From Eledone cirrhosa (lineage: Eukaryota), in the NCBI GenBank assembly GCA_964016885.1, contig OZ024756.1, positions 21,266,001-21,330,000 of the forward strand: 64,000 nucleotides of DNA, written 5' to 3'. The position numbers and the translations under genes are program-made. Below, one piece after another: positions 32,226 to 46,520 of the stretch (position 1 is the stretch's first letter; every line of letters begins with the position of its first letter). Under the pieces are notes generated by a model. It was given only the letters and a program-made list of their open reading frames with translations. It ran no database searches and was not told where the DNA came from.

Positions 32226-32260
32226 CTTTTCTTACAACATCAAACGTTGACTTTACATAT

Positions 32261-32309
<49 letters not shown>

Positions 32310-32967
32310 CACGCTCACGCTCACGCACACGCACACGCACACGCACACACACACTCATCTCAGATAGAAGCAGATAAACTACTTAGATCATTACTCAACA
32401 GGGTACTCGATCCTTAGCATAGTAGAGTATGGCTACGTTATAAACAGTCGGGGCCCGACAGCTGAGCTCATGCTGTTTCTCTCTCTATATATAAATATAT
32501 ATAAATATTGCTTTTCCTCTCACTACACTTTCTCTCTCTATATATATATAAATATATATATATATATAGAGAGAGAAAGTGTAGTGAGAGGAAAAACAAT
32601 ATCAAGGAGAGAGAGAATATGAGATTGGGTGTGTGTGAAAAAGAGAGATCAGAGAGAGAAAATATTTGACTTGCTTGGAAAATACCGCAAATATTATGTT
32701 TGAAAATTGTTATTACCCAATTTCCGCTGACCGCCATATTTCTTTCTATTATTTCGACCATTTTCCCTAATCATCAAATCAATTATTTTTCCAATATATA
32801 AAATATCATAATTATCTTCCTGTTTTTTGTCTCTTCTCGGCCAATATTCCTCTTAGAATATTTTTCTCTCCATCTGATACCTCTATATCTCTTTAGTGTT
32901 GATATATATTTTTCTTTCCTTACTGCCTTACATACATACATAGAGGCAGAGAGAGACACACACACAC

Positions 32968-32969
<2 letters not shown>

Positions 32970-33058
<89 letters not shown>

Positions 33059-33067
33059 CATGTGAAT

Positions 33068-33112
<45 letters not shown>

Positions 33113-33143
33113 CACATGTATACATGTATACTTATATACATAC

Positions 33144-33226
<83 letters not shown>

Positions 33227-33317
33227 CATACATGTGTATATATATATATACATATACATACATGTGTATATATATATATATATATACATATGTATACATG
33301 TATACTTATATACATAC

Positions 33318-33366
<49 letters not shown>

Positions 33367-33503
33367 CATTTGTATATATATATATATATACACATGTATA
33401 CATGTATACTTATATACATACATGTGTATATAAATATATATACTCATGTATACATATATATATATACATGTATATATATATATATATAAGTATACATGTG
33501 TGT

Positions 33504-33547
<44 letters not shown>

Positions 33548-34046
33548 GTATACAAACATATATATATGTATACATACATATATATATGTATACATACATA
33601 TATATATGTATAGATACATATATATATATGTATAGATACATATATATATGTATAGATACATATATATATATATATGTATATATATATAGATACATATATA
33701 TATATGTATATATATATGTATAGATACACATATATATGTATATATATATATATATATGTATAGATACCTATATATATACATACATGTATATATATATGTA
33801 TGTATGTATGTATATATGTATGTATATATATATGTATATATATATGTATGTATATATATATGTATATAGATATGTATATATATATGTATGTATATATATA
33901 TGTATGTGTATGTATGTATGTATATATGTATGTGTATGTATGTATGTATATATGTATGTGTATGTATGTATGTATGTATATATGTATGTATGTATATATG
34001 TATGTATGTATATATGTATATGTATATATGTATATGTATATGTATG

Positions 34047-34086
<40 letters not shown>

Positions 34087-34808
34087 TGTATATGTATGTA
34101 TATATATATGTATGTATATATATATATGTATATGTATGTATATATATGTATGTATATGTATGTATATGTATATGTATGTATATATGTATATATATGTATA
34201 TATATATATGTATGTATATGTATGTATATATATATATGTATATATATGTATGTATATGTATGTATATATATATATGTATATATATGTATGTATATATATA
34301 TGTATATATATATATGTATATATATGTATGTATATATATATGTATATATATGTATGTATATATATATGTATATATATGTATATATATATGTATATATATG
34401 TATATATATGTATATGTATGTATATGTATGTATGTGTATGTATGTGTATGTATATGTATGTATGTGTATGTATATGTATGTGTATGTATGTATATGTATG
34501 TATATGTATGTATATGTATATGTATGTATGTATATGTATGTATATGTATGTATGTATATGTATATATATATGTATATATATATATATATATGTATATGTA
34601 TATATATATGTATATATATATGTATATATATATAGATATGTATATATATATATATATATGTATATGTATATATGTATATGTATATATATATGTATATATA
34701 TATATGTATATATATATGTATATATATATATGTATATATATGTATATGTATATATATATGTATATGTATATGTATATATATATGTATATATATATGTATA
34801 TGTATATA

Positions 34809-34879
<71 letters not shown>

Positions 34880-34880
34880 A
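32970..34880. repeat. (TA)n/(TATG)n array
   Basis: Direct observation. Confidence 0.95.
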
Positions 34881-35494
34881 GGAATACATTTTTCCATCTT
34901 TGTTCTGTATTTTTACTTGTTTGTAACTTTTTATTATTATAAATCCCTATTTTTCTATTTGCTAATTATTAATTAAACACCAGTCTTATTAATTGCTTCT
35001 TTTTCTCTTTCATTTCTTCTTAATAGTTTTCTGCGTTTCTTCGATATCGGAATAAAAAGAACAAAAAAAAAAAATATCTTCAGGAACGACATTTTTTTAA
35101 TGGTCGATCAATCATATTAATTCCATTTGTAATCTAATTCAAATTGAAGCTCGCCCTATAATTATCAATATTTATCATATTTCGCTTAGTGATTTGATTA
35201 GTGACCAATATCCGGTAATAGATATAATAATTGATGTGGCTCTTAATAAGTTTCTCACTTGGTAAATATATTATTGAGCTAGGATTGTTCAAAGAATATA
35301 TGATACTGTTTAATCATATCTTCCATTGAGACAAGGTCGCTGGTTTCCATGTAGATGTGGATGGTTCGATTGATTCGTTATCAGTACATAACTGGTATTG
35401 TTTTATATGGTCATTTCCTAGAAGAAAAAAAATCCAAATTGGAACAATAAATTTCAGATTGTTTCAGACATAGAAAGGAAGGAATTGAATTAAA

Positions 35495-35690
35495 TACGAA
35501 GGGCAGCTGAAAAGATCCTGGTATTGGGTAAAAGAAAATACAGGAGGGTCATTTAATTATGATTTTATTGAACATATTCCCATCTCAGATTCACACACTT
35601 ATTGCAGCGGTCCTTCACTTTTTCTAAACCCTGTAAAAGAACTCGGAAGTTTGGGCCTCCCACCAGGCCTCTGCGAAACCCTTAAAGACG
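35495..35690 (-). mobile_element. Mariner transposon 3' remnant (transposase C-terminus plus TIR)
   Basis: Minus strand gives FAEAWWEAQTSEFFY/GLEKVKDRCNKCVNLRWEYVQ* (one frameshift), a typical mariner end. The terminus TACGAAGGGCAGCTGAAAAG is mariner TIR-like, with TA. Confidence 0.75.
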
Positions 35691-35888
35691 GGAACTTGTC
35701 AACACCGTCTCGTATAGTTAGATGTATAATCCAGTGATTTACTACAACATGCATGAGAGTGTGCGTGAGTGTGTGTGAGTGTGTGTGTGTGTGAGAGAGG
35801 GAGAGAATGGTGTACTTTTCCGCGGTAATCAATAAATAAGGTGCGTATGTATGGTATCTGTTTGAAACTATATAGGCCATTTCATATT

Positions 35889-35924
<36 letters not shown>

Positions 35925-36435
35925 TCTCTCGCCATCTCTCTCTCTCTCTCTTTATCTCTCTCTCTCTCTCTCTTTCTCCATCTATCGCTCTATCTCTCTC
36001 CATATCTCTCCCTCTCTCTGTAGGCGCCAATACATTAGGTACATATCTACTCAGAAATAGCTGTAATGTCGCTGGCTAGATTTATGCAAATAAAGCTTCT
36101 ACATTGTCCAAATTCGTCCTTTCACTTTTATATCGAATGGGTAAGATTTAAGAGAAATTAGGCTGCTATTTCTAGCAGGCCGAGTCACAACGTGTAGACT
36201 CTTTCATTTGCTGCGACGTTGTTATTTAACCCTGGGTCACTACTGATCGAGAAGATGTCTTTGATCAATGACATTCCAGCCATGACATTGTTGTATTTTG
36301 ATATATCAGGAACTATACACTACATTACCATAAAGTGTCATTTCATTTTTGTTTATAGGATGTGTTTGCGATTAGAGGGAAATTAGCTATATTTCTAGCA
36401 GGTAAAGTGACGAAGACGAGTAGAGGCGTCATTAT

Positions 36436-36596
36436 CACCATGCTTTGCAGCATAGGAGTTATGGCCCTTTGTGTTCTGCGTTCAAATCCCGCCGAGGTTA
36501 ACTTTGCCTTTCATCCTTACGGGGTCGATAAAATATAGTACCAGCAATGCACTGGAATAATTGCTGGCCTTGTGCTAAAAGCAGAAAACAATTATT
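36436..36596 (+). mobile_element. SINE family 1 (5'-truncated)
   Basis: Conserved B box and body. Confidence 0.8.
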
Positions 36597-36802
36597 GCTT
36601 GGTCTGAATACTTCAGTTTTTCTACAGAACACAATAAACATAAATCTACTCTCTGTAAGGTACGATTTACAACCTAAAAAGACTACCGTCTCATCTCAGG
36701 GTATACACTCATGACGTTCAGTTGGTTGGACTATTGGTGTTGTTCTTATTGATGCAGATGATGCAGGTGTACTAGACCTTTTGGCATATACCAACCCATC
36801 CT

Positions 36803-36834
<32 letters not shown>

Positions 36835-37374
36835 TAACGGTGTGGATGCTATCTAAGATGTGCTTCAATTTAATACGCATTTCTGCTGTGATCTCAGGGA
36901 CATTTGGTTAACAGTTCTATGAAGACAAGCGACCGGGAAAGGGTGATTCGTCAGCTCTATATTTGGACATTTAGGTTTGAAGGCCTGCCTCTGGAGCCGA
37001 CCCTACGGGACCAACGAACATTATATATATATATATATAATTATATATATATATATATATAATTAGTAGGAGTGAGGTGTCAAAATATGATTAGGTTTAT
37101 TCAGGGGTGACGCACGTTTCGCGATTGATCAGCTCACCAATAGTAACGTAAAGTTAAAAAACCATTAAACTCTCTCTTTCTGTCTGTCTCTTCCTCTCTA
37201 TCTATCTATGTATCTATCTGTCTCTCTCTCTGTCTCTCTCTATATATTAGAATAAAGACGTATATATGTGCTCTATGATCCACATTTCTAAAAAAAATAT
37301 ATTTACAAGACGCCAGGAGCAACAGTTTTCCAAGAGATGTCAACATGAATGGACCTGTTAGTTTTATCTAAAGA

Positions 37375-37692
<318 letters not shown>

Positions 37693-38561
37693 CAGTCTTT
37701 GTTTTAATATGCAGATTAAATATACTAGTGATACATTGGAGCAAAAGAGACGTGGAACGGTTATTTTATTACTTTCTTTGGTTACAATAGTACTTCTGTT
37801 TCAAAATATTAAGTATTTCATAGCATGAAAATCACGGTATTGAAACCGAAGTAATTCTGTAAACCTCAAGACAGTAATGTAATATAATGTAATATGATAT
37901 AATATATAATATAATATGACACAATATAACATAATTAAGAACCGTAAGATGTGTCTGGTCATTGGAGAGAACAAATTGTTTCACCTTATTCAGATCTTCA
38001 GCTCTTAGACCGAGCTGCTACACTACACATGCTAGCATGTGTAGTTTGCATATTGATAGTATACGCAAGTATATATGAATGTAGATATGATACATCAAAT
38101 AAAATCGTAATTGACAATATATACAGAAATTGATCGAAGACTGCGTTACACTGTGTTATATAATCAGGAACGTAATCCATGAGACATTAAAAAAAGACAT
38201 TATATATAAACTGCATTAGGAGAAAATTAGTGACGGAAATACATGTTTATTTAAGCGATCGCTAACCTGAAGTGCTTAAATTTTTAAATTTTAAAGAAGT
38301 GAATCTTAAAATAATTAACAAAATTATTTATATATAATCAAGAATAACGAAAATTAGTAGATAAATTATGTAATATTCAGTCATTATTTATTCTAAGTAA
38401 TCCAACTTATTTTACAAACAGGATAAAAAAATATATTCTGGACGCAGTCCCGCACTCCTTACTTTATTATAGTTTCATATATATATATTTTAAGCACACA
38501 ATTTACTGTGTTTATTACTACATATATTATATAATGCTCAGTATTTATATATATTATATAT

Positions 38562-38742
38562 AATTGTTTCTACTTTTGGCACAAGGCCAGCAATTACCCA
38601 GTACATTACTGGTACTGTATTTTATCGACCCCCGTAAGGATGAAAGGCAAAGTTAACCTCGGCGGGATTTGAACTCAGAATGGCAAGGGACGTAACTCTA
38701 TGCATCAAAGCATGGCGTCCGATCCTCTACCGATACTGCCAA
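38562..38742 (-). mobile_element. SINE family 1 with TSD
   Basis: AATGCTCAGTATTTAT at about 38533 and 38743. Confidence 0.85.
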
Positions 38743-38972
38743 AATGCTCAGTATTTATTTTTTTAGCTTGTTAATTACAGGGTATTAATATGAGTATCTA
38801 ACTCTGCCTTTTATTTGAATTTCGGCTCCCTAACTTGGTGAGCTTACAAGTTGAGTGCATTTAGCCTATTATTTCTAGCCGATCCACTCACGCCGCTTTG
38901 GACGACTCACGCACGAGGTGAAATATTTGCTCGTGTAGTATTTAGTCTTAGGTGTTTGTCACATTTGATCTT

Positions 38973-39060
38973 ATCTCTCGCTGATGATGCCTATAGATTA
39001 TCTGTTACAAACACAATTCTCAGGGCGAAACAGATTAAATCTATTATCTGTCCGGGAGAT
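38973..39060 (+). ncRNA. Type I hammerhead ribozyme, fully canonical (family G)
   Basis: ATCTCTCG-CTGATGA-t-GCC...GGC-GAAA-CAGAT-taaatctatt-ATCTG-TC-CGGGAGAT. Stem I is 8 bp and stem III is 5 bp. GUC cleavage is predicted after 39052. Confidence 0.8.
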
Positions 39061-39191
39061 CAATAGTTATTGCAACGGTCAGTACATTTTACTTTTTATC
39101 CTGTATATTCCGTTTGCTTCAGGTTAAATCTGTCAAAGCAACGTGGTATCTCAACCCTCGTAATTTTAAACACACAATTTAGTGTTTATTA

Positions 39192-39193
<2 letters not shown>

Positions 39194-39227
<34 letters not shown>

Positions 39228-39269
39228 AGACACAGATACAGATATAGATACAGATATAGATACAGATAT

Positions 39270-39306
<37 letters not shown>

Positions 39307-40097
39307 TATAGATAGATATAAATATAGATATATATATATAGATATAGATAGATATAAATATAGATATATATATATAGATATAGATAGATATAAATATAGA
39401 TATATATATATATAGATATAGATAGATATAAATATAGATATAGATATATATATATAGAGATAGATATAGATATAGATATATATATATATATATATAGATA
39501 TAGATATAGATAGATATATATATAGATATAGATAGATATATATATAGATATAGATAGATATAAATATAGATATAGATATATATATATAGATATATATAGA
39601 TATTGATATATAGATATAGATATATATATATATATATATATAGATATATAGATAGATAGATAGATATATAGATATAGATAGATATATAGATAGATATATA
39701 GATATAGATATATAGATAGATATATAGATATAGATATAGATAGATATATAGATATAGATATATATATAGATATAGATATAGATAGATATATATATATAGA
39801 TATAGATAGATATATATATAGATAGATATATATAGATATATATATAGATATATATAGATATAGATAGATATAGATAGATAGATATAGATATAGATATAGA
39901 TATAGATAGATATATATATAGATATATATATATATATAGATATAGATAGATATAAATATAGATATAGATAGATATATATAGAGATATAGATAGATATATA
40001 TAGAGATATAGATAGATATATATAGAGATATAGATATATATATATAGAGAGATATAGATAGATATATATATAGAGATAGATATATATATAGAGATAT
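39194..40097. repeat. (CA)n then (GATATA/GATA)n microsatellite; continues at 41881-42140
   Basis: Direct observation. Confidence 0.95.
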
Positions 40098-41880
40098 ATT
40101 TCTTTTATTTGCCACTAGGGCATCAAAAGTGGGACAAGTACAAAGGGGGGAGTTTACACAAAAAGGCGTCCTCAATAAGGAGGAGGCAATAACAAAATAT
40201 AAAAATAAAATAAGATATAACAAAAAATAAAATTTTTAACAAAATCCTCAATAGAGAGGAGGCGCCTTGGGGGGTCGCACACACCCCCGAAAAAAGTGTG
40301 CAACCCTTCTCCTCAGGAGCACAGAGAAGGGGTGCTCCCTTGGTCTTTCATCTTCCTCACCTATAGTCTGATATAGTGTGAAGGCCCATTCACACGGGCC
40401 ATTCTCGCCACTTTCACCCATCTTTCATAGAAACGGCTGGGGTGCAGCACCTCTCTCTCCATCCTGATCCTTCTTCCGAAATGATATCGGAAGAAACGGA
40501 CCAGTTGTTGGCCAGAGAGAAAGGTGCCCGACCTCAGTCCTTTCAGACGCGTCCACCATACAACCTCTTTCGCCATGGCTATTACGCACAGAAACACCGC
40601 CTCTGCTTCATCTTTGAAGGGGGGAGGCGGCTTGATCATTACAATAGACTCGGTGGTCAACCGGATCGGTCCCACCCTTGACAGCAGTTGTTCGACATAG
40701 CCCCACAGATCGGCTACGCCCGAGCAGTGTACTAATGCGTGTGCAACGGTTTCCTCGTCGCACACGCATCTGGGACAGATCTTTTTGGTGGGGTCCCTAC
40801 CCGGGCGCCCGTGTCTGTAGAGCCTTTCTCGAACGGGTAAAGCTCCTCGGTAGCACTGCCAGGCCAGGGACTTCTGGAAGTTGTCCATAGGTCCCGGGCT
40901 GAATGTCCTACCGAACAGGCTGGCCAGTTCGTCCTCCTCCATGTCTAGGGCTTCTCCGAGGGCGTCGTCGCACCTGCTGCGCACCAGCCCTCTATAGAAT
41001 GTTGCGGTGGAGTCTCCACTGATAACCGGATCCGCCTGCCAGAGGGCGGTGAGCGCCTGGGCACACTCAGTGTGCCAGGCGCCCAGTTTTCTCGGTCTTT
41101 GCTTGACCCAGGATTGCAGCTCGGTGAGTGAGACGAGTCTGGGAAAGGTTCGTCTCACAAACGAGGCCCACACCGGTTGTCCGGTGAGGAATACGTAGAG
41201 GTGCCGTAGCCTTAATGCGTGTTTACGCATCATTAGCCACGGCATCCCCAGCCCTCCTTTCGAAGGGTGTTGACAGCAGATGGATCTCCTCACCATAGGA
41301 GCCCGCCTCTTCCAAAGGAATTGGAAGAGCGCGCGCTCCATCTTGGTGAGGGTTTCCCTTGGGCAGGGCACTACGGTCAGGCGGTAGTAGATGACGGACG
41401 CTATGTAGGTGTTCGCCACCTCCGCCCGACCTTTCAGGGATAGTTTGCAACTGGCCCACTTCTGGGTCAGTGCAAACACCCTGTTCGTAACCTCCGCCCA
41501 GTTTTTCTCCACCTGGAGGTCCGGTCCGAACCAGACCCCGAGCAACTTCACCGGGCCCTCCGTCCAGCGTCCGACGACGCTATCGGAGGGCATCGGTCTT
41601 CCCCTCCACGTGCCGAGTTGCAAACCGATCGACTTGTCCCGGTTCAGCTTAGCCCCTGTGAACTTTTCGTACTCCTCCAGTAAGGTGCCGACCGCCTCGA
41701 TTTCGGAGGCCGTCGACACCATTACTGTCACGTCATCGGCGTAGGCCGACACCGCTTTCCGCAATCCCGGTTCCAAAGGGATGCCCTGCAACAACTCCAA
41801 CTTCCGCAGTAGTGGCTCGAGAGTCAACACATACAGAAGGGAGGAGAGAGGGCACCCTTGTCGGATGGACCGCGCGATTT
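40098..41880 (-). mobile_element. L1/Tx1-clade LINE, 5'-truncated, with 3' UTR and AATAAA
   Basis: GC-rich block with sharp boundaries inside a GATATA microsatellite. The ORF is open to its stop at 40361, the 3' UTR spans 40098-40360, and AATAAA lies at 40104-40109 (-). Confidence 0.9.
40361..41880 (-). CDS. LINE ORF2, partial: RT domains 4-7 and C-terminal CCHC zinc knuckle (no genuine start)
   Basis: SIRQGCPLSSLLY, AYADDVTV, GAKLNRDKS, KLLGVWF, KGGLG and CPRC...ETVAHALVHC. About 505 codons without a stop. The N-terminal ~98 aa of the listed ORF is microsatellite read-through. Confidence 0.9.
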
Positions 41881-42482
41881 TAGAGATAGATATATATATA
41901 GATATAGATAGATATATATAGAGATATAGATAGATATATATAGAGATATAGATAGATATATATAGAGATATAGATATATATATATAGAGATATAGATAGA
42001 TATATATAGAGATATAGATAGATATATATAGAGATATAGATAGATATATATATAGAGATATAGATAGATATATATATATAGATATCGATAGATATATATA
42101 TAGATGTAGATGTAGATATATATAGATATAGATAGATATAATGCAGTATGGACAACAGTTTAAGGATTGGCTCTGCAATCATTCCGTCGCAAGTTGGACC
42201 CCACTATATGTTAACATTGGTTTGAATGTAAATATTTATCGTAATGTCAATCCAACGCTGCTCCAAAAGCCCCAGGCTGATATATTTTAAAATTGTTTTC
42301 ATATATAACAATTTCCACTTAAATCTGTCTGGAGTTCTCAGATTATACATTGTCTGGCGTTACATCGACACTGTAATCTATATTAAAAACCGTGATCGAT
42401 TGCACTTCTAGGTTGTAATACATACATTCATACACACACACTTATATATATATATATATATATATATATACTTATACATAGT

Positions 42483-42514
<32 letters not shown>

Positions 42515-42606
42515 CTGTATATATATATATATATGTATACTTATATATACTTATACGCTTTTGCGTTTATATATATGTATGTGTGTGTTTCTTCCTCTCT
42601 CTCTCC

Positions 42607-42712
<106 letters not shown>

Positions 42713-43705
42713 CTTATACACTTTTGCGTTTATATATATATATATATGTTTCTCTCTCTCTCTCTCTCTGTATATATATATATATAAATACACACATATC
42801 TCTGTCTGTTTATCTATATATATATCTATATATAAAAAAGAAAACTCAGATTACATTTATCTATATATATATATATATATACACATATCTCTGGCTATCT
42901 ATATGTATATATATAAAGAGAAAGAATGACAGTCAGACTTATCTTGCTTTTGGTTGTAATTGAAGGACTTTGACAAATACACAACACTTGAGAGACTAAC
43001 ATATTATACTACAGAACAATTTGACATTTGTAACCTCGGAGTAAGTATTAGTTTTTGTAGAAAGAATAATTCGTGATAAAACTATTAACTAGAGGAGTGC
43101 TGCAGTTAGAATTGATATTGTAATTGGTGGTGGGCTGCTGTTGTTGATGATGATGTTGTTGGTGTTAGTGTTGTTTTTGTTGATGATGATGATGGTGTTG
43201 GTGTCGTTGCTGTTGGTGTTGTTGTTGTTGTTGTTTTTAAAAATTGTTGTCACATAAAATTTACCTAATCTTTCCTCATCAGTCCGTAGAAATTAACTAG
43301 ACAAATAATCAATTAAACGGAACTAAGTCTAAAATGTAAGATGGAAGAAAGAAATAGATAAACGTTACCAAAAATTCTCCCAGTCCCGACTATCCATTGT
43401 TTCGCTCGTACTTTGTGGAAATGTCTAATCGTAGTATTATCCATGAGGCTCCGAGCTTTTGAAGAGGACCGAAATTTCCAAATTGATCGCCGTTAGTAAC
43501 GAATTCAAAAGGGGTGTAAACTGTCACGTGGTTAACGGTCAAGATAAAAGTGTTATTGGTAAAAGAAGCAGTTAGTTACCGCTTAAGGTGTACTCAACCA
43601 TAAGGGAATATAACACAAAGTCATACAGAACATATATATATTTAAACATAGTCACAGATACATATATGAGTGTTGGCTACCTTCAACAGCGTGGCTCGAT
43701 GAGTG

Positions 43706-43740
<35 letters not shown>

Positions 43741-43744
<4 letters not shown>

Positions 43745-43851
43745 AACGAGTAGGACCCCGACGGCTGAGCTCAAGCCGTTTCGACGGCTAATTCAGTATT
43801 GAGTACTTTGGTGCGTTATGGTCCACCTGGTTCCTTACCACATTTCCTTCG

Positions 43852-43852
<1 letters not shown>
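43741..43852 (+). mobile_element. Family A element: inverted arm fused directly to tail
   Basis: TAGGAACGAGTAGGACCCCGACGG...GGCTAATTC is joined to AGTATTGAGTACTTTGGTGCG...CCTTCGT. TA-flanked. Confidence 0.75.
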
Positions 43853-43887
<35 letters not shown>

Positions 43888-44238
43888 ATGATATTAATAA
43901 ATGGAAACTATATTTATAAAACCATATTTATTTTATTATATATATTTCAAGGGTACCAACATTTTGGTACGCACTCATCAGATAAAATACGAAATGTGTT
44001 TTATAAATGTTGACATACCCAAGAAACCAGACCTTATCGGTTCAGGTTCAAATTTTGTATTTTATCTGATGAGTGCGTACCAAAACTTTGGTACCCTTGA
44101 AATATATATAATAAAATAAATATGGTTTTATAAATATAGTTTCCATTTATTAATATCATCCTCTAGAAAACTTGTAGAGTGCTTCGAATCTGTTATAAAT
44201 AAATTTGTTGAATAACCAACAAATTAAATATCTCTTTG

Positions 44239-44240
<2 letters not shown>
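43888..44240 (+). mobile_element. Family D fold-back element (~105-bp arms, ~56-nt spacer, tail)
   Basis: Arms 43888-43995 and 44052-44159 are reverse complements. Tail TAGAGTGCTTCGAATCTG. TA-flanked. Confidence 0.85.
44058..44118 (+). ncRNA. Type I hammerhead motif (mirror copy on minus strand at 43929-43989)
   Basis: TATTTTAT-CTGATGA-gtgcGTACCAAA-ac-TTTGGTACcctt-GAAA-TATATA-TA-ATAAAATA. Stem I is 8 bp and stem III is palindromic. Confidence 0.75.
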
Positions 44241-44278
<38 letters not shown>

Positions 44279-44279
44279 G

Positions 44280-44373
44280 ATTATTTCTGAAGACGTCGGG
44301 TAGTGATGATATTTTGTAATATTTTACATAGATCAACAATTGAACTATTCCCCAGAAACGATCGTAAAATAAT
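44280..44373 (+). ncRNA. Type I hammerhead motif (family E)
   Basis: ATTATTT-CTGAAGA-(long, partly decayed stem II)-GAAA-CGATCG-TA-AAATAAT. Stem III is the palindrome CGATCG. Confidence 0.65.
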
Positions 44374-44443
44374 GAGTTTTACTATGAATTAACCGTTTTA
44401 TGTTTAATTTCATTGTTTTAATATTTCTATATATATATAATAT

Positions 44444-44855
44444 GGAGGAGGCCACACCATTAGCTAAGATCTTTCTCTCCCTTATTATGAAGCATTTTTC
44501 CCCTACACATAAATATAGTAAAATTTTTAATAGAAATACTATTAAAATTTCTTACTCTACGACTCCTAACCTTGCACATAACATCACAGCTCCAAATTTA
44601 GCTAAACTACCTAGCCGTAGGAACACGCGCAACCCTGTAGTTAGTACTAACTGTAATTTTAGAAACCGAGTTGACTGCCCCCTATCCGGGAAATGCCTCT
44701 CTAGTAACATTGTCTACAAATGTAAGGTTGAAACACCCACGTCCCGTAGGGCCTACATAGGGTTAACCGCCAATAGATTCAAGCAGCGTCTTTACATGCA
44801 TACCCATTCTTTTCGTTACCCTTTAACAAGGAATTTGACGTCACTTTCAGCTTAT
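44444..44855 (+). mobile_element. Penelope-like element fragment: RT-endonuclease linker and GIY-YIG endonuclease
   Basis: FLSLIMKHFSPTHKYSKIFNRNTIKISYSTTPNL...CNFRNRVDCPLSGKCLSSNIVYKCKV...YIGLTANRFKQRLYMHTHSF...TSLSAYI, i.e. the IVY...YIG...FKxR...H signature. TA-flanked. Confidence 0.88.
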
Positions 44856-45295
44856 ATATATGTGTGTGTGTGTGTAATTGATTACATTTCGTCCGATTAG
44901 ATTCCATGTGATGGCTGGCTGGTTGTTCTGGTGAAATTGACTAACATGGTGTCGTTGATCATTAGATGGACGGATCTTTGAATAGGTTTAAGGACAAAAG
45001 AACTAATGGATGGAACAGATAGAATATAATGGAAGGATTAGATACAGGCGTGGATAAGGAAGTGAAATTTTCGTTTTGTTTTTCTTTCAACACAAACCAC
45101 CCGTTAAAACATTTGTCACTGCTTGACACAAGTTAACATATTCAGTGTAAACTATAAAATATACAGGATATAAATAAAAACTAAAAGAAAACAAAAACGA
45201 CAACTATAAATGTCGAACAGAAATTGGTAAGCTTGCAGAAAGTATGTACGTATATATATCTATATACATATATATACAAAAATACTCATACTTGA

Positions 45296-45351
<56 letters not shown>

Positions 45352-45472
45352 TATATGTCTGTCTTTCTATCTATTACCCTCTCTCTCCATCTATCTATCT
45401 ATAAGTATGTGTATATGTAAATGAATGTGTGTGGCCGTATATGTGCGTGTGTGCGTATGCATATATATATAT

Positions 45473-45526
<54 letters not shown>

Positions 45527-45749
45527 GTGTATGTATGTATATATATGTATGTGTGTATATATACATATATAAATTATTTTGACACCATGACAGTGGAGGT
45601 AACTCCCTTACGTTTTTCACAGTCTCATTTATTTTTTCATTTACTTCTTTATATGTTTATAATTTACTTAAACTTTTTATCTCATAATAGTAGCAATTGG
45701 AAAACGATAGAATCTCGTTTACTTTCTTCTGCGAGAATGGCTTCTGCAT

Positions 45750-46520
45750 CTCTATGTGTGTCTGGGTATATATTTATGTATGTGGGAGAATGATCTGTGA
45801 ATGGTGACCGTATGTATATATACGTATATATGTATATATAAGTATATGTGTGTATACGGATATGTGCTTAGATCTCTCTCTCTATAGTGTATATATATAT
45901 ATATATATCTGTATGTGTGTCTGGGTATATATTTATGTATGAGGGAGAATGATCTGTGAATGGTGACCGTATGTATATATAAGTATATATGTATATATAA
46001 GTATATGTGTGTATACGGATATGTGCTTAGATCTCTCTCTCTATAGTGTATATATATATATATCTGTATGTGTGTCTGGGTATATATTTATGTATGTGGG
46101 AGAATGATCTGTGAATGGTGACCGTGGTGTATATATAAGTATATATGTATATGTAAGTATATGTGTGTATACGGATATGTGCTTAGATCTCTCTCTCTAT
46201 ATTGTATATATATATATATCTGTATGTGTGTCTGGGTATATATTTATGTATGTGGGAGAATGATCTGTGAATGGTGACCGTATGTATATATACGTATATA
46301 TGTATATATAAGTATATGTGTGTATACGGATATGTGCTTAGATCTCTCTCTCTATATTGTATATATATATATATACATCTGTATGTGTGTCTGGGTATAT
46401 ATTTATGTATGTGGGAGAATGATCTGTGAATGGTGACCGTATGTATATATACGTATATATGTATATATAAGTATATGTGTGTATACGGATATGTGCTTAG
46501 ATATCTCTCTCTATAGTGTA
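45750..46520 (+). repeat. Tandem array of about 5 copies of a ~157-bp unit
   Basis: GGGAGAATGATCTGTGAATGGTGACCGT recurs at about 45783, 45943, 46098, 46254 and 46413. Confidence 0.92.

Noticed and set aside
41881-42178. N-terminal 98 aa of the 605-aa ORF
   Set aside because: Read-through of the flanking microsatellite and unique DNA. The LINE is 5'-truncated at about 41880.
45750-46520. CRISPR-like regular repeat
   Set aside because: Eukaryotic context, the intervening sequences are repeated rather than unique spacers, and there are no cas genes.
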